Shown in pieces: positions 1 through 13,300 of a stretch of DNA of 64,000 nt. The notes under the pieces were generated by a model. It ran no database searches. It was given only the letters and a program-made list of their open reading frames with translations, and was not told the DNA's origin. The position numbers and the translations under genes were made by a program. This DNA comes from Gnetum montanum (Eukaryota > Plantae > Gnetophyta), in the NCBI GenBank assembly GCA_015680685.1, contig MNCI01000326.1, positions 6,414 through 70,413 of the forward strand. The letters are read 5' to 3'. Position 1 is the first letter of the stretch; every line of letters begins with the position of its first letter.

Positions 1-2373
1 TGTGAACAAGTAAAAGGTAACTGTGTCATAAAGAGCTCATTCTTGAGACCTTATAAGAAACTTGCTTGTAAGATGTTAGATCAGTTTCAACATTGCCAAA
101 TAGAGCATATAAACAGAGCAGAGAATCTTATAGCAGACGATTTGGCAAAGGCAGCTTCAACATTGGATATGCAATTATTAGAGAGCTACAAAGAATTCAT
201 GATTGAAGAAGAACATCAGCCATCAGTACCAGATAATACAAGATATTTACAAATATTTGAAGATGATGATCAAGTACTAAGATTTATGAAAAATAAGCAA
301 GAATTTGAGGGTCAAGTGATGCCTGAAATATAATCAAATTCCAAAGCTAATTTCATTCCAAAAAGGATGATTGATTTGGAACATGAATTCAAGAAAAATT
401 TACTTACTGGAAAGGATTTACAAAACTCAGTTAGTCAAGCTTTTGAGGTAGTGAATTTTGGGTTAGAGAAGATGCCAAAGATGTTGAATGTTGCAAAGGA
501 AAGAGATTCGAATTTCAAGCAAGACCTGTTATTATGCCTAAGAGATAACTTGGACAATTTTGCTTGGTCCTATGATGATCTTAAATATTTTAGGAAAGAT
601 GTGATGACACACAAGATTTCGTTAATTGAAAGTTGCAAGATAGTTAAGTAAGAAAAAAAGAAATTTAATATATCATTTGAACCAGCTATGGAAGCCGAAA
701 TTAAGAAGTTGTTGCAAGCATGAATCATATATCCAGTACGATATTCTACATGGCTTGCTAACCTTGTTCCAATAAGAAAGAAAAATGGTGATATAAGGCT
801 TTGTGTAGACTTTAGAAATCTAAATGATGCTTCAAAGAAAGAGAAGTATCCAATTTCAAGAATTGATGAGATGGTAATTAAAGTCTCAAGTTGTCAAGCA
901 TATTCTTTCTTAGACGGTTTCTCAGGTTATAATCAAATTGTTGTAGATAAGAATGATAGATACAAAACATCATTTATCACCAAGTGGGGAGCTTTTGCCT
1001 ACCAAAGAATGCCATTCGGATTGTCAAATGCTGGAGATACTTTTCAAAGAGCAATGGATTTAGAATTTAAGGATTTATTAGACAAATTTGTGATGGTTTA
1101 TTTGGATGATATTATGATATTCTCAAAGAAGAAAGAAGATCATATTAGCCATCTCCAGCAAGTTTTTGACAGATGTTGTGAGTTTGGCATTTCATTAAAT
1201 CCTAAGAAGTGTATCTTTGGTGTTAAATCCAGAAGTTTATTAGGACACGTGATATGTCAAGAAGGAATTGTCATAGAAAATTCCCGAATCCAAGTAGTAC
1301 AGAATATTGAGCATTCCACAAGTACGAAATCTCTTAGATCTTTCTTTGCGAAGATAAACTTTGTGAAAAAGTTCATTCCCAAGTTTACCGAAATTACTAA
1401 ACCTTTGATGCATATGCTTAAAAAGGATGTCCAAGTAGAGAAAACACCAGAATCAGAGAGAGCTTTATTAGAAATTAAAAAGGCTATACAAGAGGCTCCA
1501 TATTTGGTAAAGCCTAGGCTTAAAGAAGATTTTTGGTTATACTCATTTGCTTCAAATGATTCAATCATTGTTGTTTTAACACAAAAGGATAGCAAAGGTG
1601 AACTTGAACTAATTAGATTTTTTGGGTATCAGTTGAAAGGTTCAGAGTTAAATTATTCAGACTTAGAGAGACAAGCTTTCGCAGTCATCAAAGCACTTCA
1701 GCATTTTAAATATTATTTGGAAAGTTCATTAGTACACATTATGCTAATTGAACCTACAGTCAAGTGATTCCTATCCCAAAATGAGATTGGATTGAAAAGA
1801 GTAAAATGGCTTATTAAGTTGCAAAGTTTCAGATTTTCATTGGAAATATGCAAGACAATTAAGGGAATGGGACTAGCCAAGTTAATGACTAGAGAAAGTG
1901 AAGTTTATACACTTGACACCCATGAAGAGAATTGGTATGATGATATTCTCAAATTTCTTCGCACAAGGAAAATCCCAAATAATTTAACTACAAGTCAAAA
2001 GAGAGATTTCTTCAAAAGAGCATGAAGATTTGTTGTTAAAGATGGTATCTTATATAGAAAGGATTTTTGGGGAGTTTTATTGGAATGTGTTCATAATGAT
2101 CAAATTAGTTTCATTTTGGAACAATTTCATGATCATTTGAATCTATTTTATGAATCCCCTAAGTAGACTATGCAACATATACTTCGATATAGTTATTACT
2201 GGCCATCCATGTATCAAGACATTAGTTCAAAGATTCAAAAATGCTATAAATGTCAAATTCATGGGCCCAAGATTAAAAGGGCTAGAGCCCCTTTAAAGCC
2301 AGTAGTTGCAGATAGACCATTCCAGCAATGGGGTTTGGATTTTATTGGTACAATAATTCCAACTAGAAGACAT
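1..2373 (+). mobile_element. Truncated Ty3/gypsy Tat (TatII-type) pol fragment 'Z': aRH-RT-RH-INT(N-term), pseudogenised
   Basis: ORF 43-333 has the aRH C-terminus (EHINRAENLIADDLAK). RT motifs FAWSYDDL, LDGFSGYNQI, MPFGLSNAG, VYLDD; RH NYSDLERQAFAVI; integrase zinc finger and PFQQWGLDFIG. Several in-frame stops; sequence breaks off at ~2373. Confidence 0.93.
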
Positions 2374-2905
2374 TCACACCTTCAAGAAGGCTAAAAATGC
2401 TTGAAATTTTCATCCACTGGAAGGCATGATATGTTTTGGAAGCCTTTTGGACATGGACTATAAGAGGATATGAGTAGCACTATCTTACAATCTCCTATGG
2501 TAATTACTAATATGAAAAAATCCTCTAAAGGAATAATAGCCAAGACTAAAAATTAACATCCAAGGCAGAATAATCTCTTAGGATACCATCACTTCTAATG
2601 TAAATTTAGTATTTAATTTTAAAACTTATGAATTGTCATTAGGTGATAATTAAGTATAACTTGGAAACCAAAGTAGGAACCATAAAAGATTTCATGTTTG
2701 CTAAGTCATATCCAACTAATGTTATGGATGCAGCTTTAGCCTCATCTTATTGAGATATATTGTAAGAGGCTTAAGGGTTATGGTTATCTATTGGAAGAGT
2801 ACTAAATTTTTTCATGCATGTATTTCATATAAATAGAGTAGGTGCTATTAGAACTAGAAATTAAGGTAATTACTGAAGGTGTGAATGTCTTCTAGTTGGA
2901 ATTAT
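2353..2905. repeat. Perfect 32-bp inverted repeat (arms 2353-2384 and 2874-2905)
   Basis: ataattccaactagaagacattcacaccttca is the exact reverse complement of tgaaggtgtgaatgtcttctagttggaattat. Confidence 0.95.
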
Positions 2906-3469
2906 GTGACACTGCTACACACATTGGCTTTCACTTTCTAGATTGTGTGATAGTGCTACATGTAGTCCCTCACAACTTTAGATGTAGAGTGCAATTCACA
3001 ATTTTATTTATGATTTGTAGTCTTTATGTGACAAGCATAAGGGCGCATTGTGCAATATGAGGTAAAAAAAACCCACCACAAACACTTTATTGTCTCATTT
3101 TTAGCATTTCTTTAGTGTCTAGTAAGACAGAGCATAATAATGGAGGGAAGAGCCTTGCTTAATAAATCACATTTTCATTGAAGGCCAATTTTGCTAAAGA
3201 GATTTCATTAATAATGTGAAAGATTTAAAGATGCACTTTGCAGAATGAGTTGTATGCTATGTAAGACTTCTAGAATAGGAACTGCTAATAAGATACATTG
3301 CTTTCTCTCATTGCAGACATCTTTTATTGCCTATGTGTTAAATATGCTATCTCAAATATAGATATGTTGGATATGTAGTGTGTAAAATCTTTGAAGAATC
3401 TAAGGAAGATGATAGCATGTAGGTTTCTAGAAAACAAAGTGGCAATAAGAAATACAAAAATCACCAAGA

Positions 3470-4147
3470 GGGCATTTTTTAAAAGATGATATTCAATGGT
3501 CTTATTTCTTTGAAAATGCATTAAATTGGATATATAAAGAAAGAGTGGAAGATTTTATTGAGGGCAAATAGAAGAATAAGATCTTTCCTTGTGAATGTTT
3601 CTATGGAACTAAAAACCAATAAAAATGGAGAAAGGAGACTTGCTCAAGAGGAAACCATTACAGAAGCCAAATATTATAAGTTATTTAGAACTATTTTTTA
3701 TTTATCCATTAATGTTTTATAATACGAAGATTCACAATTTAGAATACTATGATCCTTATTTGAATATTTTTCTTTTATCAGTTATCATTGCAAGTATGGA
3801 CAAAATGTCACTACAAGGTTAGCAGATAGGGAAGGTAGAAAAGGAAATAAGATAGGAAGAAATACTATTTGTCAATGTCATTTCAGAATTTTTTATATCA
3901 AGGAGAAAAACATGTTTCATGTATTATATATAAGGAAATGAATCATGCTTACACATCAAGAGGATACTATCATGGCTTACTAGGTTCCATGACAAATAAA
4001 AGAAATTCACAATTCATACATATTTTTGTTGAGGTGCATTAGAAGATAGTGTGTTTATGAAAGGAATGATTACCAATAAATATTATCTATGAGAGGTATA
4101 TCAAAGATCTTTTTAAGGGAGGATAGGAGTTTAGACTATCAGGAAAG
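3470..4147 (+). pseudogene. 5' part of degenerate MULE/SWIM transposase (At1g60560/At4g13970-like family)
   Basis: Manual translation gives KDDIQWS, YKERVEDFIEG, and after a cag acceptor near 3781 YHCKYG...CQCHF...IIYKEMNH...YHG. These match the N-terminal region of this family as I recall it. The sequence continues after the A insertion. Confidence 0.65.
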
Positions 4148-6873
4148 TGTTCGTGACCATTTTGGACCATACCACAAAGGTTGGGGGCCACATGGTTTTG
4201 TGACCTTTTGGGATCACAAGATCAAATGTCTTCTTCAAATAGGATTTAGGTTCTTGATGGTCTCTAGCAACACTAAGGTCCATATACCTCTAAATGAACT
4301 GAACATTAATGAAACATACTAGACGTGGGTATGTGGTTTCTATTACAAATATTGAAATCATTGGGTTATGTATAAAACTATAATCAGCTATCATAAAAGA
4401 GATTTGGCTAACTTTCTCAAATATTGTGAATTTTTTGGGATCCTATTTTATTCCATCATGTAGTCTATACAGTTTGTATGGTACATTACTTGTAATAAGT
4501 AAAATTTTCTAAAATATTTGAGCACAATTCTACTGATCTTCTTCTAATTTTTCCCATATACAAAGTTCCACAAAAAAATAGAAATAGAGCAAGATTTAAT
4601 GGACTTAGAAAGAGAAAGAAAAGAAATCATATTGATATGAAATCTCAAATATTTAAGCAAGATAAATCAACATGAGAAAAAAGTTCACAATAAATCTATT
4701 TCAATTTAATAACTATGAATTGATCAAATCTTCTAATTCCAAAAAGTAATTTCATAAAGAAAATCTTATCATACTACCAAAAATTATTACCTAAATGACA
4801 AAGTATTTGTCTCTATTTTGGCTAGTTAATAGTTGTCAAAGATTGCATTCAACAGAATCTTCAAAAGCTTGAAAATTTCTTGATTAAAATATCAAGGTAA
4901 TAGGCTTTAAAAAAATGAAACTATTTCAATCATCTCAAAATACCAAATATTTTTCTAGATTCTCTATGCTCAAAATAGGAAATTTTGTTAATACATTACT
5001 ATTAAATTGCTCTTGATGCTTTTCAACAACATAAGCCCTTCTATGGAAAATCTTAATAAGAGTCTAATGTTGCATAAAAAAATGGAGTCATAAAAGCAAT
5101 CTAGGAAAAATCCTAAAATCAAATGCCAAGTACCATACTATCTAACCATGAGCTAAGCAACTAAAATAAAATGAAAAGAAATGAACTCACAAAATTGAAA
5201 CAAAGAAACCAAATTGATGTCTTAGCAAGCTATCTTATAAGTAACCTTCAATTGTATTTTTTCCAAAATCCCCTTTTTTAAATTCTACCTTTGAAAGTCC
5301 TTTTATAGTAACCTTAGGGTAGTTACAATAATTATGATAGGTTGAGGGTATTATAAATATCTGGGGGTGTTAATTAATAACCATCATAGAGGTTATAACT
5401 TTCAAAGGAAGTTATTAGAAATTTGAATTATGGTTGTCAAGTGTCTTTTTGGTAATAAATACTATGGAGATTACCATGGGAGGATACGAAAATTAGAAAA
5501 ATATATGTCATAATTGGCAAGTATCCTCTTGCTAATCACAACTCCACAAATATCAAGGAAAATAAGTTCTAGCCTCCATAGGACGTTATAATGTCTCATG
5601 TAGAGTGTCAATACTATAGAAAATAAAGTTATGTTTGCCAAATATCCATTAAATCTCTTCCTTATAACCTTTAGATAAAATATCATTTGAAGTGAAATTA
5701 TGATACTCCTTAGTATCAATGATGTTATTCAAAAATTAGCTTCTTCTCATAATGGATATTTTAATTTAATTTTTTTCTACAATATTTTTTGGGGTTAAAA
5801 ACCACTTGGAATCATAATATGATTGAGAAAATTTGGGAGCACGACATTGGCACTACAATCACACATTGAATCCCATGACTTCACTAAAAACAAAAGCCAT
5901 GTACACTACCCTATGATTATTGTGCTCACCAATCGAATTATGAAAGTGATATTGATAGAGTGGGGTTTCATGAGCACTATGTGGTAACCTCTATGTCTTT
6001 CATGCATTCTTTCTTGGTAGCTACTCCTAGATCTTTGTGTGATGTACTCTCATGGTCGTGTTTCTGGTCACCATGGCCATCTGTGATGGTGCCACATAGG
6101 GCTAGGATGGCTATCATTGCCACCTCTACTCCTTCCATGTGCCATATGTTGTCCATGTGGTTAATATGTAGAGGTAAGGGATTCTATAGATTGTTGCATT
6201 GTGCCTTGATAGTTTTGAAATTACTAGAAATACTAGTGTGCTTGCCTCATGCTAGTCATGGTGCATTTTCTGTAACTTCATTAGTTCAAATGCAGTTGTC
6301 ATTACAAGTGGAATTGGTGAGGGTATCCTATGTGTAATAATCCTTTGGCCTATCCACAATGTCCATGCCTAACTACCATGTTTCTGGCTATGGATTTGGC
6401 TACATTTTGGGATACATTTGACACATTACCTTTTAGAAAAAATAATGTTTTGATCCTAAAAGCTTGTATCATTGGAGACCATTTGATGATGATAATTCAA
6501 AATAGTACCAAGCTCCATGACATGGGCAATATTTTCAACAACTTTGAGCATTTTGACGAATGTCATCATTAAACTTTAAAATTTTTATCTTACTATTATA
6601 TTTATTTTTTAAATAAATTTTTGACTTTTTTTTAATTTTTATTAATTTTTGGTTAAAATATAATATACCTTGCTTGAACACATCACTCATGTATATTTGT
6701 TAATCTCCTCTAACATTTCTTTGAAATATTATTCTTAATATGTTTTCCTTGTAGTTCATATTGTGCTAACTTCATATATGTATTTTATGAAACCGATGTA
6801 TCATAACTTTATTATTTTAAAAGCCTTCTAAGAATCATCACTATTCCAAAATCATGATGGAGATGTAACAACA
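4148..6873 (-). repeat. Element A 3' LTR
   Basis: TG...CA ends; colinear with 24464-27172 at roughly 80% identity by eye. Confidence 0.9.
5301..5307 (-). promoter_or_regulatory. Putative LTR TATA box (TATAAAA), also at 25612-25618
   Basis: Conserved in both LTRs, just downstream of a GTTA/TAAC motif cluster. Confidence 0.45.
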
Positions 6874-6887
6874 TTTCGTTCCCCCTC
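6874..6887 (-). other. Polypurine tract of A (GAGGGGGAACGAAA)
   Basis: Directly precedes the 3' LTR on the minus strand. Confidence 0.85.
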
Positions 6888-7064
6888 AAATCTTTTTATT
6901 TATCGACTAAATGAATATTGAAAAAAGACTTTATTGAGCATTGTTACAAAAATAAAAATCTTTTTTAAGGAAAAATTCCATCAAACTTAAGGTTTGATAA
7001 AATAAAAACCTCATTCCTAGTAAAACTTAGGAAACTATACAAGAACAATTTTGTACAAGCTATT

Positions 7065-7572
7065 CTATGGGTCGAAAAAGAATAGTTAAAGTAACTCTCT
7101 TGGGAATTCTCATATCATGAATCCTTTTATATGTAATCTTAGTTGTAATGAATGCTTTTATTTCCTCTTCTTACCAAGTTGAAGCTTAAAATTAATCTTC
7201 ACTCTTTTTTTCAACAATTATCTTTGTTTCCTTTGCATCCAATTCCTTGACTATTAATTTCTGAGGTTCTTTCCAACTAGTTGCTTTAGTGTTTTGAGAC
7301 ATAAAAGCTTGTCCTTAAGAATCATCTTTACTAGAATCTCCTTGATATTCAACTTAGGTAGTGCATTCATGGAAGCTACCCCAGACATTGGAATGTATAG
7401 AAAGTCCACTAGTGAGAAATCTGAACCCATCTAAAAGCCAAAGTAAGAAAGGGCTTTCACTGTATGCTCCATAGGCAGTTTCCTTACAATAGGCTCTCAA
7501 TATATGCTTAGGAAAACATCCCGTAACATATGGGATAAAATGTTTTCTTGTTGGCCTCTCTCCAAGAACCAT
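7065..7572 (-). pseudogene. Extra sense ORF (~170 aa, unknown function) in the 3' region of A
   Basis: ORF 7354-7572 reads on past TAA stops (consistent with CAA>TAA) into a charged tail; TATATAAA lies at ~7658-7665 upstream. Confidence 0.4.
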
Positions 7573-8199
7573 TTTCTATCTTACACTTAAACATTTTCCT
7601 TGCTTTTTTCCTAACCCTAAATTGAGAAATGATGCATTTCTAACAAATTATCATCTCTTTATATAGTGTAAAATAAATTTGAGTTTCCCACTAATTCTAC
7701 TAATCAACTTTGCCACTTAGCCAAATCTCATTTAACTTCCATCATCATAAAGTTGGTTAATTTAAATTCCACTATTTGGTTGTTGAAATTAATTCACCAT
7801 TGGGTAGTTATCTAACCATCACTCCCACTTACACTTATCACAAGTAATTATTACTTAAAATAATCTAAATCTAATTGTTTAAACTAACACTTTGAATTAA
7901 GCACATTTTTTAAAAATACTAATGCTCTAACGTATACATTTTTTATAACATTATATATAGAATTACTTAAACATAAAAATAAGATATATATATTATGGTT
8001 ATATATTATATATGATATATGTTTCTACTAAACATATACATATATTAAATTTTATATATAAAGGTTTACTACTTACTACTATGTATACTAAATATTATTA
8101 TAGTTACCTATATATAACACTATACTACATACATTTATTAATTTATATATATAGATTTAAGTTGTATGTAGTTTTCTAAAATAATGTTTTATGTGTATA

Positions 8200-9292
8200 C
8201 CATTATATAGAAATTGCAATTATATTCCATATAGTTTTGATAACTAATAAATATCTTCTGGTAACTGTTTCTTGATTTGAAATGGACCAATCGATACTGT
8301 CAAAAATTTATTTGGCTTCTTCCTATTCCATAATAATACAAGATCACCAAATTTGAAAGTCCTTTTCAAATTCTTTCTATCAAACCACCTTTTAAATTTA
8401 GAAGCATTCTTTAATAAATTATCTTTAGCTCTATCCATTTTGGCTTCTCTTTTTATGAGTAAAGTCAAGAAAATTCTATCTTTATTGGTTTTCTAATTGC
8501 AATTTTGCACAAAATCTAAAGCAAAACTTATAATCTTGTTTATAATTCTAGAAATTAAACCATATACTAAGTTATAAGTTGATATTCCAATAGCCTTTTT
8601 AAATCTGATATAGTTATTCCATAATCTAGATTGTAAGTAATCAATCAAATTTCCTAGATTTCCATCCATTGACTTCTTAATGTAGAAAATAAGATTTTTA
8701 TTTGTAGATTTAGCTAAGTCATTCCCTTAAGGATAATAATTTGAAAATAAAAATAGAAATATGTATTTTTTTGATGCCCATGTTATAAATTATTTACATT
8801 GAAAAGTTGGTCCATTGTTGGATACCAACACTTATGGTAGACCAAAACAACTTAAAATCTAATCTTCCAAGACCTTAATCACATCTGATGCTAAAATTTT
8901 TCTTAGAGCTTTTTCTTTATACCATTTGATAAAGTAATTGATAGTTGTGAGAATGAACTTATGTCCTGCTCTCAAACGAGTAATTATACCAAAAAAATAT
9001 AAGACCCATTGCTGAAATGATCTATCCATAATTACTAGTTTTAAAGAAGCTCTAGCATTTTTTATTTTTGGTCCATGAACTTGACATTATAACATATTTG
9101 AATTTTCAAACTAATATCTTGATACATACTAGGCCAATAAAAATCATAGCAGACTATATGATGCATAGTGAACTTAGAATATTCATAGAACAAATTAAAA
9201 TGATCATGGAATTGTTCTAAGATAGGCCAAATTTGATCATTATGAACACATTCCAACAAAACTCCTCTAAAATCCTTTTGGTATAGGATTCT
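8200..9292 (-). pseudogene. Integrase of A (core and C-terminus)
   Basis: YWPSMYQD, GHKFILT, FKFGDLVLLWN...GPFQI; homologous to Z 2050-2360. Confidence 0.9.
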
Positions 9293-10197
9293 TGATGAAT
9301 TGTCAATTGGTTGCATTGAATAGCCTCTATCAACTAGGCCTTATCGATTAAGCCTCGTTGATGGATGATTTATGCATTAATGTGGCCTCATCAACATAGT
9401 ATCTATTTTTGCCTCTAAATATGCACTCACCCATTGTGTTTATGGAATATCTTATCATAGTTATAGTGAAACTATTGCAATTGTGTCATTTGAAAGTTAG
9501 AATATTTTTCTAAGTGCTTGGAGTAGGAGTTAAGAGTGTATTGATATTTATTCAAGCACTATTGTACCTAAGCATAGTAATGTGTGTGCCAATAAAGATG
9601 AGCTTTTTGATAAACCTTGTAGCACTTTGAAATAGATTAATTATTTATTTATGCATTTAATGTTTTATACATTTTTCATTAATGGTTTAAGTAATTAAAT
9701 AGTTGATTAGGCTAAATTAAGTTTAATTACGCAAGGTTAAATACTGATTAATTAAGCACATAAGTATGACCACTTTGAGCATACACTTGATGCATGGTAA
9801 TCCTAGTAATGCTTCATGTTTGGTAACCTAGTAGTATTAAATGTATTCAAGATGTATACAACAAGTGGGAACTGATGCTTATGATAAGATTAGTTAGGTG
9901 TAGCTAGTTAGATTAAATTAGAAATTTAATTATTTTATTTTTATTAATTATTTTTTATCCTTAGTAGACTTAAAACACAAAACATAAAAAATAATCAAAA
10001 TCATATGCCTCAGTTGCACTTAACCACACCTTTGCATTACAGAAGTGTAATTGGAAAGAAAAAAATTGTAGTAGTTAGTTTCACTTCCTAGAGACTAGTG
10101 TGCTTAGAAAGCTATAAGTCAATAGAATTCAATCAGATCATTCATGAATGCTTAGTGATTTGTATGGTTGGGTGTAGGGTCTATTCACCACTCATCA
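9293..10197 (+). repeat. Element B 5' LTR
   Basis: Direct repeat of 20823-21690. Confidence 0.92.
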
Positions 10198-10198
10198 T

Positions 10199-10216
10199 TA
10201 GCTTTGTTGCTAGGGA
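10199..10216 (+). other. Degenerate PBS of B (tRNA-Asp type)
   Basis: TAGCTTTGTTGCTAGGGA vs canonical Athila TGGCGCCGTTGCCGGGGA; differences are mostly transitions. Confidence 0.65.
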
Positions 10217-10379
10217 CTTGTAGTTTGATACGTCTACTATATAGGACTTAGTGAATATTATTTAGAATCATTGGATTGAATCCTATGGTCGTAATCATTT
10301 GAAAATAATTATTAATTAAATACATAATAATTAATCAAAACTATACTACAGGAACATTGAGAAATTAATTCTAACAAAA

Positions 10380-13300
10380 ATGGCTTCTTCTTCTCATATG
10401 CATGATGATTCTAAGTTAATAGTACCACAAGAATGCAAGATGGTGTACACTCATCCTAATGAGTTTGTACCAAATTTTACTTACATCCTCCATTAGGATG
10501 AAAAAATGTAGTGGTGAGACATGTAGGGGAATGTTGTATTTCCACCTAATTGATCTATTCCTAAGATGCTACTCCAAACCCTTACAAGGTTGGACATCAA
10601 GGAGGTTCATGGAGAGTATGTTGTGAAAGATCATGACTTCTAAGACTACCATCCGTTTGTGACACAATGCAAATGAGATCAGCAACAAGAAAAGTGTTGC
10701 AAAGACATGAAGGGAAAATGGTTCACTAATCCCTTATTTCTACTAGATCAAAAGGATAATGAGGAATCACTTTTTGAGGATTCTCAACATGCAAACTCTT
10801 GACTCTAATGAATGAAATTTGACCCCAAATCTTAAATTAGTAATCAAAAATTCAAGATGTGGTAATAGTAAGCCTCATAGTTGTGGGTGTTCTAAGAAAG
10901 GGAGTCAAAGTGAAAACTTAGAAAATCATAATGATGATCATTCTAAGGATCATGGCTATGATAAATGAAGGAGAATTTGTAGACACCATGGTGGTGGTAG
11001 TCCTCCTCCCTCTTCATCCTCTTAATCTGGTTCAACTTTCTCCTCCAAATTTGAGCAAAACCATAGATGACAGGATAAAAATGATAATCATAGAGATCAC
11101 CATGAATGAAGGGATGGTAGAGGACATCATAGGCATCATCAAGATTAGGATGATGAACCTCTACTAGCAACTCAAAGCATGATGAACATCGTAGAGGTAG
11201 TCAAGGTCCCAACTAGGCATATAAAAGATAATAGAATCAAGGGGATAGACATGAATAATATCCCCATATTTGAGGGGTGATATAACTCAAATCCTCAAAC
11301 ATGTTTACAAGAATTTCACAATTCCTGTGCCTTACAAAATTTTAAAAATGATTGGTAAAATCTCAAGCTATTTCCTATTACACTCATCAAGGAAGTGGAA
11401 ATCTAGTAGCTATCTCTAAAACCAAAATTAATTCATTGATGGAGTACAATGCTAAAACTCTTTAATGATAAATATCAAGCATAATCCAAAGCATCCAATT
11501 TGAGAAAATAAATCCAAGGCTAGTGAAAAGAAACACTTGCAGTCTTGGACATAGCCATGGACATTTTTCTATTTTGCATAGATGTCTTAGCCATGGTGAT
11601 TCTCAACAAGAGAAACTTCACAATATCATAGATGAGCTCTAATTAGAAAGAATGAGAACTCTTGGGTTCTACACCCAAGGGAGATTTTTAGAACTAAGAG
11701 TCCATCAGATTCAAAGAGTAATTAGGTAGGTTGCAAAAGAAGAAGGTGAGTTGAGAAAATGGCAAAGTGCTGAGGAGTATAATTGAGATCCTTCCATCAA
11801 AAAAAGGAAGGTCTAATTCTGTGACAATGAGGGGGAAGCATCACTGAATGAGCTAATGTAGTAGAAAACCTTGCCAATTTAAAAATATGTATCTAATAGT
11901 TTGGCTAGGGTAGATAAAACATGGGAGTCTTTGGATGAAATATTTCAAGATACTCTAAAAATTATAAAATAATTTGAAGAACAAGGTAGTGATCATGATC
12001 ACAGCAGAAGGAAAGAAGTTGAACATGCCTACCAAAGGGGTAATAGAAAGGCTACATTAGTAGAAGAGGTTGTAGAATCAAAATTAAATTATGATGGTGG
12101 GTGTGACATCTACCAATATGAACATCCCAATCACACTTACAAGAATCTAGGGTGTATGCTATAAATCCTAGACTAGCATGAAGACAAGCACCCAAAAGGT
12201 TGGATTATCCTCAAGGAAACACAAGGCAGTTCCAGCAACAATAACATGCTTATTATTTAGGTGAAGCTCCACCACAATCATATGAGCAATATCAATAGTG
12301 GAAACATCCATAGTCATGGGGGATGCCACCACCAAGGTAGCAATACCTTTATAGGTAACCAAATCTATATGGGTACTATGCTTAGTAACCAATGTATTCA
12401 CATGACTCTTCTAGTCACACTTCGTTTTAGCATTACTACTACCCTCTAGAGTATTATATAACTCATCCTCCATCTATTAGAGGGAAAACCCCTTATCCCT
12501 ATCATCCTCCTCATCCTTCAACACATGATTCTCTATCCTCAACCTAATTACAACTTACTCCATCCTTGCAGGGTAAGCTTCTAGCTTAGTCACAATAATA
12601 TAATGTTACCAAGGCCATTAACTTATAGCTAGATCCTTAGTTGAGTGGTTTAGAACCAAGATCTTGTAAGAGATCATTCTTCTGAACCAATAGCCCTACT
12701 AAACCATCACCTACTTATGTGGTTGGTTGCCCTATATCTCCTTCATCCTCTGCATTCATTTCTTTTGAGAGCCCTTTAAACCAAACACCTCCCAAGATCT
12801 ACAGAATTATGTTAATCCATGTCATATCTAATTACATCAAGGATGGTAACCTTCGTAGGAAAAGAGCTAATCTTTGAAGTCCTCTAATCTATTTGTAGAT
12901 TGCTAGGAATGATCCATGCAAGGCTCTTCATGACTTAGGTCCTAGAGTTAATCTTATTTATCATGAAATGTATAATGCCTAGAACTCACCTCCTCTTAAG
13001 AAGTGCAACATCTATTTAGAATTGGTAGATTAGTCCATCACTATTCCTTTAGGACTAGTGGAGAACATTATGACCACTATCTATGGATGGTATTATCCTA
13101 CCAATTTCTAGTAATCAAAGTTGAGAACTGCAAAGGGAATTTCTTGATCATTATGAAAAAGGCTTGGTTAAGTACTATTGATGAAAAAATAGACATTAGA
13201 TATCTTTCCCTAAAAATTTCCAAGAAAAATGCATTCAAAAAGATCAAGAAGAAACAAGTTCAATGCATCACATACAATGATACAAGGTGCAACTACATGT

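Noticed and set aside
4148-5846. Shorter solo LTR (tgttcgtg...cacgaca)
   Set aside because: Homology with the second copy continues to 6873/27172, where the PPT and TSD lie.
10931-11170. Overlapping short ORFs on both strands
   Set aside because: Off-frame readings of the low-complexity gag N-terminus of B.
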